Below, piece after piece: positions 1 to 14,608 of a DNA stretch of 64,000 nt. Below the pieces are notes generated by a model that did not search any database, had not been told where the DNA came from, and worked only from the letters and a program-made list of their open reading frames with translations. The position numbers and the translations under genes were made by a program. The stretch spans positions 4,030,001-4,094,000 of the forward strand of contig CM030336.1 in NCBI GenBank assembly GCA_017654855.1, written 5' to 3'. The DNA is from Podospora anserina. Taxonomy: Eukaryota. How positions within the stretch are numbered: the stretch's first letter is position 1; the number at the start of each line of letters is the position of its first letter.

Positions 1-763
1 CGTCGTGGGTCCAGGCGTAGATTTTGTAGCCCTGCCAGGCGCGCTGGGCTTCGGCCTTGACTTTTGCCAGGCGGAGCTCGCGCTTCTCTCTGGCCTGGGG
101 GGTTTCGGGCTCGAATTTGGCCTGGATGGTGGGGATGGGCTTTGGTTTGCCGGTGGGGAGGGGGATGATGGATTCGGGGGGGATGGGGAACCATTCCGAG
201 GGTTTGGTCCAGTGGACTGCTGTGGTGGAGGTGGTTTCTAGATCAGGTTCGGAGGGGGTGTTGTCGTAGTTGTGGGAGCCGATTCCTGAGCCGAGGAGGC
301 GGTCGGGGATCGTGGCTGGGGTTGTTGATTTATCCTTCGGAGGCTGTTCTTTCTCGTGGGTGCCCTTGAGGGGGGGCGGTTTGGTAGGCAAATCGTAGGA
401 TCCCTTCCCCTTGCTTTCCTCCTTTAGGCTTGGGATCTTGACTGGTGTGTCGCCGTGTCCGTGGTCGTGGTCGTGGTCGTCTACCACTTCGGGCGTTGGT
501 TTCTCCTCAACTTGGACCTTGGGCGCCGGCGGCTTGACCTCCACTACTGCTGGATCTTCCTTGACAACGGGCGGTTTGGCAACAACGGGCGCCTGGGGTT
601 TCTCGGCCGGTTTCGTCTCGACCTTTGTCTCCCGATGTCTTGTGCTGGTATGCCATATCTCTTGCGTCCTATCCCATTGTGAATTCTTGGAGACATGGTA
701 CAGCAGGACGGTGATGACGAAGGCGCATATCAGGAATACGCGATATCGACGGAGTCGGAACAT
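1..763 (-). CDS. Class I alpha-1,2-mannosidase (GH47), 5' part; runs off the window edge
   Basis: Hand translation from ATG at 763 (missing from the ORF track because there is no stop inside the window): MFRLRRYRVFLICAFVITVLLYH (type II membrane anchor), a Pro/Lys/Glu-rich stem, then HWTKPSEWFPIP...RELRLAKVKAEAQRAWQGYKIYAWTHD, matching the GH47 N-terminal 'AW.GY..YAW.HDE' motif. Confidence 0.88.
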   Translation of the reverse strand, partial: MFRLRRYRVFLICAFVITVLLYHVSKNSQWDRTQEIWHTSTRHRETKVETKPAEKPQAPVVAKPPVVKEDPAVVEVKPPAPKVQVEEKPTPEVVDDHDHDHGHGDTPVKIPSLKEESKGKGSYDLPTKPPPLKGTHEKEQPPKDKSTTPATIPDRLLGSGIGSHNYDNTPSEPDLETTSTTAVHWTKPSEWFPIPPESIIPLPTGKPKPIPTIQAKFEPETPQAREKRELRLAKVKAEAQRAWQGYKIYAWTHD

Positions 764-2428
764 TGTAGCGGCGGCGGTTTAGCGACGGATAACCGCAGAA
801 GGTATGGGTATTTGCGGACAGGCGCGCGCGCACAAGCGTTCCGTTTAACTCGATGCCAGGATATATCTCGAAGTCGGGATGTATGTATGGGTGGAATAAA
901 AGTATCCAAAAAAGAGCCAGCCAGCCAAGGGGGGGGCGGGGGGTTATTCAAAAAGCCAATATCTCCGAGTGGATGGCATGGCGGATGACCGACCCTATTC
1001 AATATTCAGGAGAGCTATCGCTGCCCCATGGGAAAGGTCAGTAAATGCCAGCTTCTCAGGTGACAAGTGAATAGGAAAGAGCAAGAGGGAAGGCCAGAAC
1101 TCACTTAACCCAAGCCAAGATGTCCCGGAAAAATCATGGAAAAGAGAGCAATGGTCAGAAAGAGGAAGGCGGTTCATCAATCATTCAAGGGTTGTCTGGC
1201 CTGGTGGGTGGGAAAGCGCATGCGTGCCAAGCCGATGGCAAAGCTGCCCCCCTGTCGTCTTGAGGGGAGGGGGGCGTCTGCTTGGTGGTTGGATATTTCT
1301 TGGCATTGGATATGTCTTGCTCCAAACGGCAATCGGACACCTGTTGACTTCCTTGCGTCTTTCTGTTGTGAAGGATGAAGATGGGGGGGGGGGGATACAA
1401 CACTACAGCCGCGCAAATCCTCTGCCGTTTTAACATAACAGATCTTTAGCGGCCAGTTAGGCTACCTCGAGGTTGGGATGAAGCTTTGACATTCCCGTCT
1501 CTACATAACTTGCTTGACTCGGCTGATTCAAGCTGGCCTGGCGTAGATGCAGTATGTCATTCAACCGGTGGCTTTGACGATAGCGGGAATCGATATTAAC
1601 CCGGAGAATAAATAAATCAATTCACCCTCCTCAACACGTCCAGGTTCGTCAGCTTCGGCAATGCAAGGCCGGGAGTTGCCAAGTCACCTCGTCCCACTGA
1701 TCTGATATTGCGGGGTAGTTCCCCGCCATCAAGTTAGCGTCCTGAACTCACGATGCTGACATGCAGCGTTTCTGCTTGAGAGATGGACGCTTTGTTTTGA
1801 TTATGAGCCGGCTGACAAGACAATCATATTGTAAAGGCTCTCACCTAGATTAATACCATGTGGCTCAAGGGGCGAGCTCTTTGTGCAAGCCGAATCCGAG
1901 GCACAGGAACGAATCATACGGCGCTCAGATATCAGACCTTGAACACCGATAGAAACCTCACTCAAGGCAACAGAGATATCTGATGACAATAGATTGCACA
2001 ACGAATCAACTCACTGGATCATTCGAGAACTGCCGTAAACCCTCAGTTGTTCAAGACGATGATCAGGGTCCAGCTCCTGCATCTAGAAACGGAACTGATC
2101 GTCCGCCCACCTCCACAACCAAACTCAAGAACAACCAAGGAAAGCTTGTGCCGACACAACCGGGCCGTTCTCAACATCACCCGCAAAAATATGCCATCAC
2201 AAACAACCAGAGAATTAAATATCAAATCAGGGCTTCAAAAGCACTGCATCAAGTTGGGGGGTATCTAACACTCAAAAGAAACCTCGTTCAGAAACCTTTC
2301 CCTTAAAAAAACCATGGATCCCTCGTAGCGATGCCCGGAATCTACCATGTCCCCAAATTCGCCTATGAACATCTGCCCATGTTGTCCGAGACTTCCAGTC
2401 CCATCCTCCAATCCAACCTGGCGCCTAC

Positions 2429-2845
2429 CTAGTCCATCCGTGCATTCCGCCTCCGGCTCTTCATCCTCCTCGTCTTCCTCCAGCAAACGCATCCACCAAG
2501 ACCCTCATTCCACCAAACAAAAAACTCCCCTTTCTCGATCTCCATCTCACGCTTCAAGAGCCGGAAACGTCTCTTTTCCTCGGTCGAGATCCACATTCGC
2601 TTGCGCCAATCCTCGATCGGATTGCCACGCTTGGCAACTCTGACCTCGGGGGGTTCCCAAACCCCAGGAGTATAGGTATGAGGACTTTGCACCTGGGGCC
2701 TCTCTTGCTTAGGGATATCCTCCATGTCATCGTCCGAGTCACTCTCGGTGTCGCTTTCCACGCGTCTCCCTTCTCTGGTGACGAGTCCAGCGGTGGCTGT
2801 CTGAGTGGGAGGAGTGGCGGCCATTGTCTGATTGGGAGAGGGGTT
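2429..2845 (-). CDS. In-frame open reading frame directly after the TRM10 stop (candidate readthrough/editing extension, or a small separate gene from ATG 2824)
   Basis: After TRM10 TAG the frame continues AAC CCC TCT CCC AAT CAG ACA ATG GCC... for 138 sense codons to TAG at 2429-2431. It has an acidic patch (ESDTESDSDDDMED) and coding-like codons; no family recognised. Confidence 0.45.
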   Translation of the reverse strand, partial: NPSPNQTMAATPPTQTATAGLVTREGRRVESDTESDSDDDMEDIPKQERPQVQSPHTYTPGVWEPPEVRVAKRGNPIEDWRKRMWISTEEKRRFRLLKREMEIEKGEFFVWWNEGLGGCVCWRKTRRMKSRRRNARMD

Positions 2846-4177
2846 CTAATCCATCTCCGGCTTGATCTCAGTGTCGGTCGACTTGTCCGGCTCACCCTCC
2901 TTCTGATCCTCCTTGATATCCTCCTCCTTGACATTCCCCTCGTCATCACCCCCAGCTTGACTCCCACCACCCTCCTTCAGCACACCACCCTTCCGCTTCG
3001 GGATCACCTCCAAAAAGGCCTGGCCCCAGTCACCACACTGCAGCCACTTCCCCATAATCTCCACCACCTGGTTCGTCGTCAAGACAAACCGGCTCTGCAT
3101 GGCCATGAAATCCCCGATCGGCAACTTCGCATGGCGAACCTTGTGTTCTTGCGCTCTCTTGTAGCAAAGACCCTTCTCCCTGTTGCGATCGACCAACCCT
3201 CCAATGATGTACGCGGTCCCTGGTTCGAGTCTGTCGAGGGTATACGGCGAGTCGGAAGTGAGGTAGACAATGTTCTTGTGGACACTGTCCTCCTCGACAT
3301 CCTCGGTCGACTTGTTATCAAACTTCTCATCGAGACTCATGTGAGGGACGTTGCCCGTCTCCTTCGAAGCGACATGATCGGGAAGGTTGTACGCGGTATA
3401 AGGCTGAATAAACTCGTCGATAGCTTGCTGGGCGCAGTCGACAAAGTTGTTTTCGGTAATGATCACATTCTTCCAGTTGAGGTGGGTGTTCTTGAGCTTT
3501 GTCTCAAATCTTTCCTTGAGCTTGCCCCCAAAACCGCTGAGTGACAGATGGGCTTGGTTTTTCTCCTTGCGGTTCATTGCGTACGATCTGGTGAGCTGGC
3601 TCGACAGGGAAATCAGTTCTCCTTCGCGCATGTATTGCTCGAAGTCGCAGTCGATGACAATGGAGATGGGGAGGAAGTTGGGTTCGAGAGGCTTCTTGGT
3701 GGGAATGAGGGCCATTGGGTCGAGTCCTTTCTCGACAGCTTTAGCCATCAACTCCTCCTTCTCTTCTCGACGCTGGGCTTGCTTCTCGTGGCGCTTATCT
3801 TTGCGCTTCTGCTTGCGCTGCTCGGCGTAGGCTTCATAGGCGGCTTGTTTGCGCAACTTCTTGAGCTCGCGCTTGGAGGGACCAGGCTTGACCTCTTCGG
3901 TGGAAGGGGTTTCGGTCGAAGCCGGAGTCTGCTCAGCTTGCTCGGCCGGGATCATGTTGGTATCGATGGCAGCCTCGGAGGGGTTGGCTGGCTGCTCGTC
4001 GTTGTTGACAGAGGGGGTGTTCTTCTTGATGGTTCTGTTATCGAGCTCGCTGACATCGGTGTCGGCCTTGCGCTTGCCATTGGCAGTCGAGAGGTTATTG
4101 GAGTCGCTGGTGGTGGCCAGAGAGTCGGTCATCTCGACGTCCGGTGCGACGGTTTGCGGATTGGTTACGGTAGCCAT
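2846..4177 (-). CDS. TRM10: tRNA (guanine-N1 at position 9) methyltransferase Trm10
   Basis: 443-aa ORF with IVIDCDFEQYM, IVYLTSDSPYTL, YIIGGLVDRNREKG, AKLPIG and VLTTNQVVEIM motifs of the Trm10 SPOUT family. Ends in TAG at 2846-2848. Confidence 0.93.
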   Translation of the reverse strand: MATVTNPQTVAPDVEMTDSLATTSDSNNLSTANGKRKADTDVSELDNRTIKKNTPSVNNDEQPANPSEAAIDTNMIPAEQAEQTPASTETPSTEEVKPGPSKRELKKLRKQAAYEAYAEQRKQKRKDKRHEKQAQRREEKEELMAKAVEKGLDPMALIPTKKPLEPNFLPISIVIDCDFEQYMREGELISLSSQLTRSYAMNRKEKNQAHLSLSGFGGKLKERFETKLKNTHLNWKNVIITENNFVDCAQQAIDEFIQPYTAYNLPDHVASKETGNVPHMSLDEKFDNKSTEDVEEDSVHKNIVYLTSDSPYTLDRLEPGTAYIIGGLVDRNREKGLCYKRAQEHKVRHAKLPIGDFMAMQSRFVLTTNQVVEIMGKWLQCGDWGQAFLEVIPKRKGGVLKEGGGSQAGGDDEGNVKEEDIKEDQKEGEPDKSTDTEIKPEMD

Positions 4178-4495
4178 GTCGCTTGCTACGGGTAGTAGCT
4201 TGACGGGAGGTTTTGTAGCAAAGGGAAACGTAAAGATGGCAGGTGGAATTCCGAGAAAATAGGATGTGAGAACTGGAAAAGACGGTGCTTATATAGTGGT
4301 GGAAGGGTAAATTACAAGAGAAGTGAACAATGGCAAGTAATATTCACTTGGTCTGCAATTGTCAATTCACTTGAGCTGCTCCCGGAGGTGGGGTGGTGAC
4401 CGGAGCTTTAATTTTTTAGCGCAGGACAGTGGCAGAATTACCCCACCACAAGCTGGGGTTACCGGGCGGTGAAGGCTTAGTTGGTTGGTTGGACA

Positions 4496-4531
4496 GCGCG
4501 CTGAGGCGCGTCTTCTTTAATTGAGTCGCGT
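4496..4531. promoter_or_regulatory. MCB-like CGCG elements in the divergent TRM10/MSH2 promoter
   Basis: GCGCGT at 4506-4511 and TCGCGT at 4526-4531 (ACGCGC/ACGCGA on the minus strand), 140-165 nt upstream of the MSH2 ATG. Confidence 0.4.
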
Positions 4532-4670
4532 CTCCCATGACCAGGGGTGGGCAAGTCACCTAAATTGACACTCCCGACATTTTGGTTCCCCATCCATCTC
4601 AACTTCGGGATGTCACCAAAGCCTGTACAACTTTGAGAGTGTACAGAACCAAATCACAGCCACAGCCAAC

Positions 4671-7487
4671 ATGTCTTCCAGACCAGAGCTCAAGGTAATA
4701 CTGACCTTGTCTTCCTCAACTGCTGAACATATCTAACAAAGACACCAACAGGTCGATGATGAGCACGGCTTCATCCGATACTACAAGTCCCTTCCCAAGG
4801 TCGACGAGGACGTGATTCGCATATTCGATCGAGGTGACTGGTACACTGCACACGGAGAAGATGCCAATTTCATCGCGCGCACTGTCTACAAGACCACCTC
4901 GGTTGTCAGACAACTGGGCAAAAATGACCACACCGGCCTGCCATCAGTCACCATGACTGTCACCGTCTTCAGGCAGTTCCTTCGGGAAGCGTTATACAAG
5001 CTGGGAAAGAGAATCGAGATTTATGCCAGCCCCAACGGCCGCATGAACTGGAAGATTGTGAAGCAAGCCTCGCCAGGCAACCTGCAAGATGTCGAGGACG
5101 AACTTGGAGGGCAGTTCGAGGGAGCGCCAGTGATCTTGGCCGTCAAAATCACAGTCAAGGCATCAGAAGGCAGGACGGTTGGCGTGTGCTTTGCCGATGC
5201 CAGCGTAAGAGAGCTCGGTGTCAGCGAGTTTCTCGACAACGATCTGTACTCCAACTTTGAGTCTCTGGTCATTCAACTCGGCGTCAAGGAGTGCCTCATG
5301 CAGATTGACAAGGCAGAGAAAAACAAGGATCCAGAGCTGGCAAAGCTGAGACAAATCCTCGACAGCTGTGGCATTGCCGTTTCGGAGAGACCAGCAGGCG
5401 AGTTTGGCACCAAGGACATTGAACAGGATCTGGCAAGGCTGCTGAAGGACGAGCGGTCTGCGACGTTACTCCCACAGACCGACTTGAAACTTGCTATGGG
5501 CTCAGCAGCTGCTCTGATCAAGTATCTTGGTGTTTTACACGACCCTTCCAACTTTGGACATTATCAGCTCTACCAGCACGACCTTGCCCAGTTCATGAAG
5601 CTTGATGCCGCCGCGCTCAAAGCCCTCAACCTCATGCCCGGTGCCCGGGATGGTGCCAAGACCATGAGTCTGTATGGTCTCTTGAACCACTGCAAGACTC
5701 CTGTTGGTAGCAGGCTGTTGTCTCAATGGTTGAAGCAGCCCCTGATGGACAAGGCCGAGATTGAGAAGCGTCAGCAGCTTGTCGAGGTGTTTGTCAACGA
5801 CACTGAGCTTCGACAGACTATGCAGGAGGAGCACCTCAGGTCTATTCCTGACTTGTACAGGCTATCCAAGCGCTTTCAGCGGAAGAAGGCAACCCTCGAA
5901 GATGTCGTCAGAGCTTACCAGGTCGTCATCCGCCTGCCCGGCTTCCTAGGCACACTCGAGGGAGTGATGGACGAAGCTGCCCGTGACCCCCTCGATGAGG
6001 CTTACACCAACAAACTCCGCGAGCTCTCCAACAGTCTAGTCAAACTCCAAGAAATGGTCGAAACCACCGTCGACCTCGACGCCCTCGAAAACCACGAGTT
6101 CATCATCAAACCCGACTTCGACGACGGCCTCCGCATCATCCGCAAGCGCCTCGACAAGCTCCGCTCAGACATGGACAAGGAATTCTCCGAAGCAGCCAAC
6201 GACCTCGACCAAGAGCGTGACAAGAAGATCTTTCTCGAGAACCACAAAGTCCACGGCTGGTGCATGCGCCTAACCCGGACAGAAGCAAGCTGCATCCGCA
6301 ACAAGTCCCGCTATCAAGAATGCTCAACCCAGAAGAATGGAGTCTACTTCACCACCAAAACCCTCCAAGCCTACCGCCGGGAATTCGACCAGCTCTCCCA
6401 AAACTACAACAGAACCCAATCCGGCCTCGTCAACGAAGTTGTCGGCGTAGCAGCCTCGTACTGCCCCGTTCTCGAAAAGCTAGGCGGCGTCCTCGCCCAT
6501 CTAGACGTGATCGTCTCCCTCGCCCACTGCGCAGAGAACGCCCCCGTCTCCTACGCCCGTCCCAAAATCCACCCACGAGGTCAAGGACAAACAATCCTCA
6601 CCGGAGCCCGCCACCCCTGCATGGAAATGCAAGACGACGTCACCTTCATCACCAACGACGTCTCCCTCACCCGCGACAGTTCTTCCTTCCTGATCATCAC
6701 AGGCCCAAACATGGGCGGCAAGTCAACCTACATCCGCCAGATAGGCGTCATAGCCCTCATGGCACAAATCGGCTCCTTCGTCCCCTGCGAGTCGGCCGAG
6801 CTGACCATCTTTGACTCGATCCTCGCCCGCGTGGGGGCAAGCGACTCGCAACTAAAGGGGGTATCAACCTTTATGGCCGAAATGCTCGAAACAGCCAACA
6901 TTCTCAAGTCAGCCACCTCCGAATCCCTGATTATCATCGACGAGCTAGGCCGCGGAACGTCGACCTACGACGGGTTCGGTCTCGCGTGGGCGATTTCGGA
7001 GCACATAATCCAACAGATCGGGTGTTTTGCCCTGTTTGCGACTCATTTTCATGAGCTGACCGCCCTCGCGGAAAAGTACCCGCAGGTTCAGAACCTGCAT
7101 GTTACGGCGCATATTACGAGCGACAGGGACGTGAAGAGGGAGGTGACGCTGCTGTATAAACTCGCTCCGGGGATCTGCGACCAGAGCTTTGGGATTCATG
7201 TCGCCGAGCTGGTGAGGTTTCCGGACAAGGTTGTCAGGATGGCGAAGCGGAAGGCGGACGAGCTGGAGGATTTTACGAGTAAGCACGAGGCGGGGAGTGT
7301 CAAGTATGGGAAGGGGGATGTGGAGGAGGGGAGCGCGTTGTTGAAGGATGTGCTGGTGAAGTGGAAGGATCAGGTCAAGGGGGGGGGGATGACGAAGCAA
7401 GAAATGGTGGAGAGGTTGAGGGAGCTTGTCAGGAATGATGAGAGGTTGGAGGGGAATCCGTTTTTTCAGAGTGTGAAGGCTTTGTAG
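4671..7487 (+). CDS. MSH2: DNA mismatch repair protein Msh2
   Basis: Exon 1 4671-4694 (MSSRPELK), intron 4695-4751 (GTAATA..CTAAC..CAG), exon 2 4752-7487. Motifs IRIFDRGDWYTAHGEDA, Walker A ITGPNMGGKSTYIRQ, GVSTFMAEMLET, IIIDELGRGTSTYDGFG, ATHFHEL, SFGIHVAE. Confidence 0.97.
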
Positions 7488-8088
7488 GGGGATGATGGGT
7501 TCGAGGGAAGGGTTTCAGTGCGGACATCATAAGATTTTGTAATGCGTTTGCTTTCGGACACTGGCTGGGTTGGTCAAGGGTAGGGGAAGGGTTATGGGAG
7601 TAATGATTTACATTTTGAGCAATGGCAAAGAGGTTGTGTGTTTACATTTTGCCATGAGCAAAAGGCGGGGCAAGAGTCAGCTCATATGTTGCGAAAGACA
7701 ACTTGAAATAATACAAACCTTTTGCCATCCAATCCCATGTCATCACAGAGGCATTTTCCATGCCACTGCACTGACCGTCGAGATACATCAGCAACCACAA
7801 CTCTCACACCCCTCTATGACCCATGGAGGATTTCCATGTCAGATCACCGGAGGAACAGTATCAAAACAACGCTGCTCATATTTCTCACCGCGTCTTCGTC
7901 TAATTCTCCCCATCCCCCCTGCCCCCTTCCAATCTCTCGCTGCCTCCCCTCCCACCCTTCCCCAATATGGTAGTGTAAGTTGTAAAGGTACAAGAAACAT
8001 CAAAAAGAGAGACCAGAGACTGGAGCGAGAAAACGAGGTTAAAAAAAACTACAGTAAACGTCCCCGACACACGCACCCACCCCCCAAA

Positions 8089-9922
8089 TTACATCCCCTC
8101 AAACTCCCCCCCCAAATCATCCTCGTCCAGATCCCCCTCCTGAATCTCCTTCGCCATCTCCCTCTCCCTCTCCCTCGCCTCCTGAGCGTTCTTGAGTTCA
8201 AGACGGTGCTGGTTCATAGGGAACCTCATAGCCTATCATCATCATCATCATCATCATGTCAGCAACCTCATCCCACCCATCTCACAATCAGTCGGCGCAG
8301 ACGTACCTTGACACTCTCATCATGCAAACTCAAACAAGCCCTGATCCGATCGTGAAACGTCTCCCCCGGCTCGCTCGTGGCGTAAACATCCCCCACCTCC
8401 TTGCTTTTCATGTACCCCTTCTCCCTATCCAGCGTCGCCTCGATAACCCCATCCCGGATCGCCTTGGCCACGATATACTCGGCGCTCTCCTCGCTGCCAA
8501 GATGCAGCCGGATGCAGATATCCCGAAGCGAAATCCGGCTGTAGCTCAAGCTCATCATCCGGATCCCCGTCTTGATGACGTTCTGGCGCAGGCGCAAGAT
8601 AAGAGTATACGTCCCATCCCGGCGGAAGGTGTCCCCGTGCTGAGCAACAACGCTCTCAAAGTCCTCCAAATCACCCACCCGGACAGCCCGGACGAGCAAA
8701 AAGTAAGGGTGGAGCGAAGCCTCCATGGCAGGCTGTCGAAAGGTCGCGCGGTCCGGGATGTCGCCCATCAACAGCTCAACCACAAGCAACAGCTTGGTGG
8801 CAGTCTGGCCGAACCCAAGAGCACACGCGCTAGAAGGCGCCTTGCGTGTGGCGGCGGTCAAGTGGTTGTGAGCCTCAGTATAAAGCAGCTGAATGGCCCG
8901 CACCTTGCCGAGATAGTACAAGTACCTCGCAACCTGGTTATTCGCCGCATTCTCGGGAAACTGCGTGTGCGAAACCAACAAATCCGCCTGGGAAATGTGC
9001 GACGTCAACAGGTAGCTCCGGAGCAGCAGCACAATAACCGAAGCCTGCGTGTCCGTATCCTTGCGCAGAACCGCCGTCCTCAGCGCAGCAAGCAGCGTCG
9101 GCCGAATCGCCACAATCGTCGACTGCGACGACGGCGGCAAGGGCGCAAGCTGCTCGGCAAACAGCTCAAAGTAAAAGTACACCTTGGCCGAAAGCCCATC
9201 GAGCGTACGACGGTTGAGCTCCTGGATCTTCTCAATCAGGTACCTCGAAAACTCCAGCCCCTGCTGCCACTGCTTGCCGTCATGCAGCAACACCTGCGTG
9301 AGAATGCCCAAAAAGACACCAATCTCGGGAATAACCTCCTTCTGCTCCTTCTTCACCCCATTCTTCCCAGAACCAGCCTTGGTCGTCGGCTCACTGTCAA
9401 TCTCCATCTCCCCCCCCCCTCCTCCCACCTTCCCACCCAGCTGCACCTCCTCCCGTCCAATCGCCTTCAACAAACCAACCGCAATCTCGGCCCCAGACGA
9501 ACTCGCCATGTACGTCTCAGCAACAACCCTCGCCAAAACATCCCCCGTCAGCCGTTTCCGAATCGACGACACCGACCGCAGCGCACGAAGGGTGAATCGA
9601 GCATCAAAAAGCGCGACGGCACGGTCCAAGAGGGCAAAGTTGCTCTTGATGTCTGTTTTCCTCGTTAATCACCACCACCACATCACCACACGGGATGAAA
9701 CCTACCAGCAACAGTCTTCTCAACCGGATCCTCCCCCTCCCCCTCATTCTCAACCCCCTCCATAACCACCACATCCCCCTCCACATCCTCCTTCTTCTTG
9801 CTCGGCGGCACAACAACCGTCATCTTCTCATCCTCTCCCTTCTTTCCCTTGCCCTTCATTTTGTTGTTGTTGTTGTTGTTCCCTCCTCTGGCAGGTTCCC
9901 TGTCGGGTGTCTTTCCAGGCAT
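8089..9922 (-). CDS. RPN3: 26S proteasome lid subunit Rpn3
   Basis: Exons 9922-9706, 9652-8307, 8232-8089 with GT..AG introns. PCI-domain protein with ARYLYYLGKVRAIQL, VELLMGDIPDR, RLRQNVIKTGIRMMSLSYSRISL, AEYIVAKAIRDGVIEA and C-terminal AMRFPMNQHR. Confidence 0.95.
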
Positions 9923-10958
9923 ATTTTGTCGTTCGTCGTTTGTTAACTGAAACACCCGCCCGCCGGTTGAGTTCGGTTTTGATCGTCACGCTTGTCTGTA
10001 GTGTCGTTGTTGATGTCAGCCAAATCGAACCTGGGCAGTAGATAGATAGGTAGCTCGTGTTGGGAGGAAAGTGGCACGCACGCACACGTACTCGGTCGAC
10101 TGCTCTTCGTCGAAAATAAATAACTCGTGGAGAAAACTTCAAGGTCAATAATTTCTTGAAGAAGAAAGAAAGAAAAAAGAAAAAGTCGTCAAACGTCGAT
10201 GCAAGAAAGCTTTGCCTTGCCTTGCCCCCCAAAGATGGATTGATTGATTGTGATGAGCGAACAGTCCACACAAAGCAAGCAGTAGCCGAACGAACAGCGC
10301 GGCAGCACGGACCAACAGGCAGGCAAGGCAGCGGTTCCAAGTACGCAGCCCTGGCCATCGGTACCTGAGGTTTTGCCCGCAACTGGCAGGCGTGCGGAGG
10401 TATCTCATTGGGCGCCCGGTACTTGCCATTGCAGCTGGAAGCTCCCCGACCCACTTTCGGGCAGAGGCTGAACCACTGGGATCAGCTCTTGTGACGTTGT
10501 CGATTTGCTGCCTGCTGCCCCACCTTTTCCCTAATTGGGTCTTACAGCAACTTGACGTCGTCTTCTCCTGTTTTGTCTCGAGATGATGAGACATTGGATA
10601 TCACATATGTAGAAACACCCCCTCAGAGATGACAGCAAAAGCGATTGATTAACAGCCCGACCTCAGACAAGGCTACGCTGCTAACCTACATGACTAAGCA
10701 TGATGACTGGTTTCCTTTTCATGTAATGATCCCTCCCCTTATTCCCTCCAAAATCCCAAGGTATCAGTAATTCCCCCCATCCCATTCCATGCCTTGCCAT
10801 GACGCCCGAGACGAAAGAAAGAATAAAAATAAAAAATCCCGCCTTACAAAACCCATACCAACACATAAAAAAAGCGACTGTGCGCCGTCTAATTACTTTT
10901 GCTCAAGCCAAGCATGAAAACCCCTCTGTAAAAAGAAAGAACGAAAAAAAGAGAGAAT

Positions 10959-13296
<2,338 letters not shown>

Positions 13297-14608
13297 CTTG
13301 TCCGCTTTGTTCGGAATGACAGAGGGATTGTTCAGGTCGCTACTCTGGAGCCTGTACCGGGTCGCAGCGGCTTCGAGACCTTGTATCGAGCGAGTGTCTA
13401 AAGTAGGGTCAATTAGCTGCTGATATGGAAGCAGAAGTGTATGCCTCTGTGATAGAGAAAAAAAAAAGCGAAGCGTCTCCAAAGACAGAAGATTTCTCGA
13501 CGGGCTTGTTGACAGCCCTCGATTTGATGACGAGGGGAGATGGAGTTGAGGAAGATGAAGTCGAACAACCTGGAAGGGTGACGCGAGGCGTGTCGTTGAG
13601 ATCGTGTCGGAACTTACCGTGATATGGTAGGGGGACACTGGTCCGTGCGGTTTGCCATATATCAGAGCCTACTGCCAGCACTTTGCCGTGAACTCTTGCA
13701 AATATTTTGCCAACTTGCTGCTTGATCAAATTTGCAAAGAAAAAAAAATATCTTAGCATTGATTTTGGATAGTCTAGCCCTACGAAAAGGCGGAGTTTTC
13801 GAGACCCGCGCCGGCGCCGGCGCTCTTGTCTTCTGAGACATCAGGGGAAACAGGGAGCTCACAAGTCCTAAACAACAGAACAAAGCATTGAGCAGAAAAG
13901 AAGTGGCGGAATCTTTTGAGCGAGTAAAGGCATTGCTCTTCATAAAATCTCAGTCAAATCTTTTTCTCAAGTCCACGAACAATTCTTCTTGCCTGTAGCT
14001 GTTTTGCCAGTGTCTGTTTGGGAATATAGCACTCAGGCTTGTCGAGTGCCTCACCGAATTGTGAATAAAAAAAGGGGCACCAGATCATTACACATTAGAC
14101 GCTGAAACAATTCTTCAAGCTGTCTGATGACAATCCAGGGACCGTGACAGTCTTTTGAAGCCTCTTGGGCATAGTCTCTGAGTTGGAGTCTCCATTCTTG
14201 TCCACAATGTGCTCAGCTGCACACCTACTGAAACTAATAATTACGAGCTTCAGGGCCTGCATCAGCACATCTATCACAACACAACTATATCTTGATAGAG
14301 AAGGCGTCATTTCCCTTCAGCAAATCCACGATATTCAAACACTCCAATGATCAAGTTAGAGAGGATCAAGCAGCGGGATCCAGACACTCCATCAGGTATT
14401 CATCGTAAATCAAGCAAAGCAGTCATCATCACAATGTTCAAATCTCTTACCCCAACAAAAAGTAAATTTCCCGGGCAATGCTTCCACAATTCATATTCCA
14501 ATCATCAACTCATAATCATAATCATCAACATCGTCATCGTCATCATCATCATCATCATCATTAAATCTCTTCCCCCCTCTCCCCGCTCTCATTAAATTAC
14601 TTCCCACC

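Noticed and set aside
2678-4195. 288-aa and 215-aa plus-strand ORFs
   Set aside because: Antisense to TRM10 and its extension; L/V-rich mirror translations.
7485-7532. Other TAG-terminated genes (MSH2, TAF12, the 14609 gene, DsbA-like, acyl-CoA dehydrogenase) as stop-loss candidates
   Set aside because: The next in-frame stop follows within a few to about 40 codons, as expected by chance.
8256-9668. 470-aa plus-strand ORF
   Set aside because: Antisense shadow of RPN3, explained by codon bias; no recognisable motif.
13297-13638. In-frame open region upstream of the TAF12 ATG; similar regions upstream of MSS4 (56597-56962) and the RING gene (24510-24794)
   Set aside because: They start at non-ATG codons in leader or promoter sequence and give unconvincing peptides. 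Non-AUG extensions cannot be supported without Ribo-seq.
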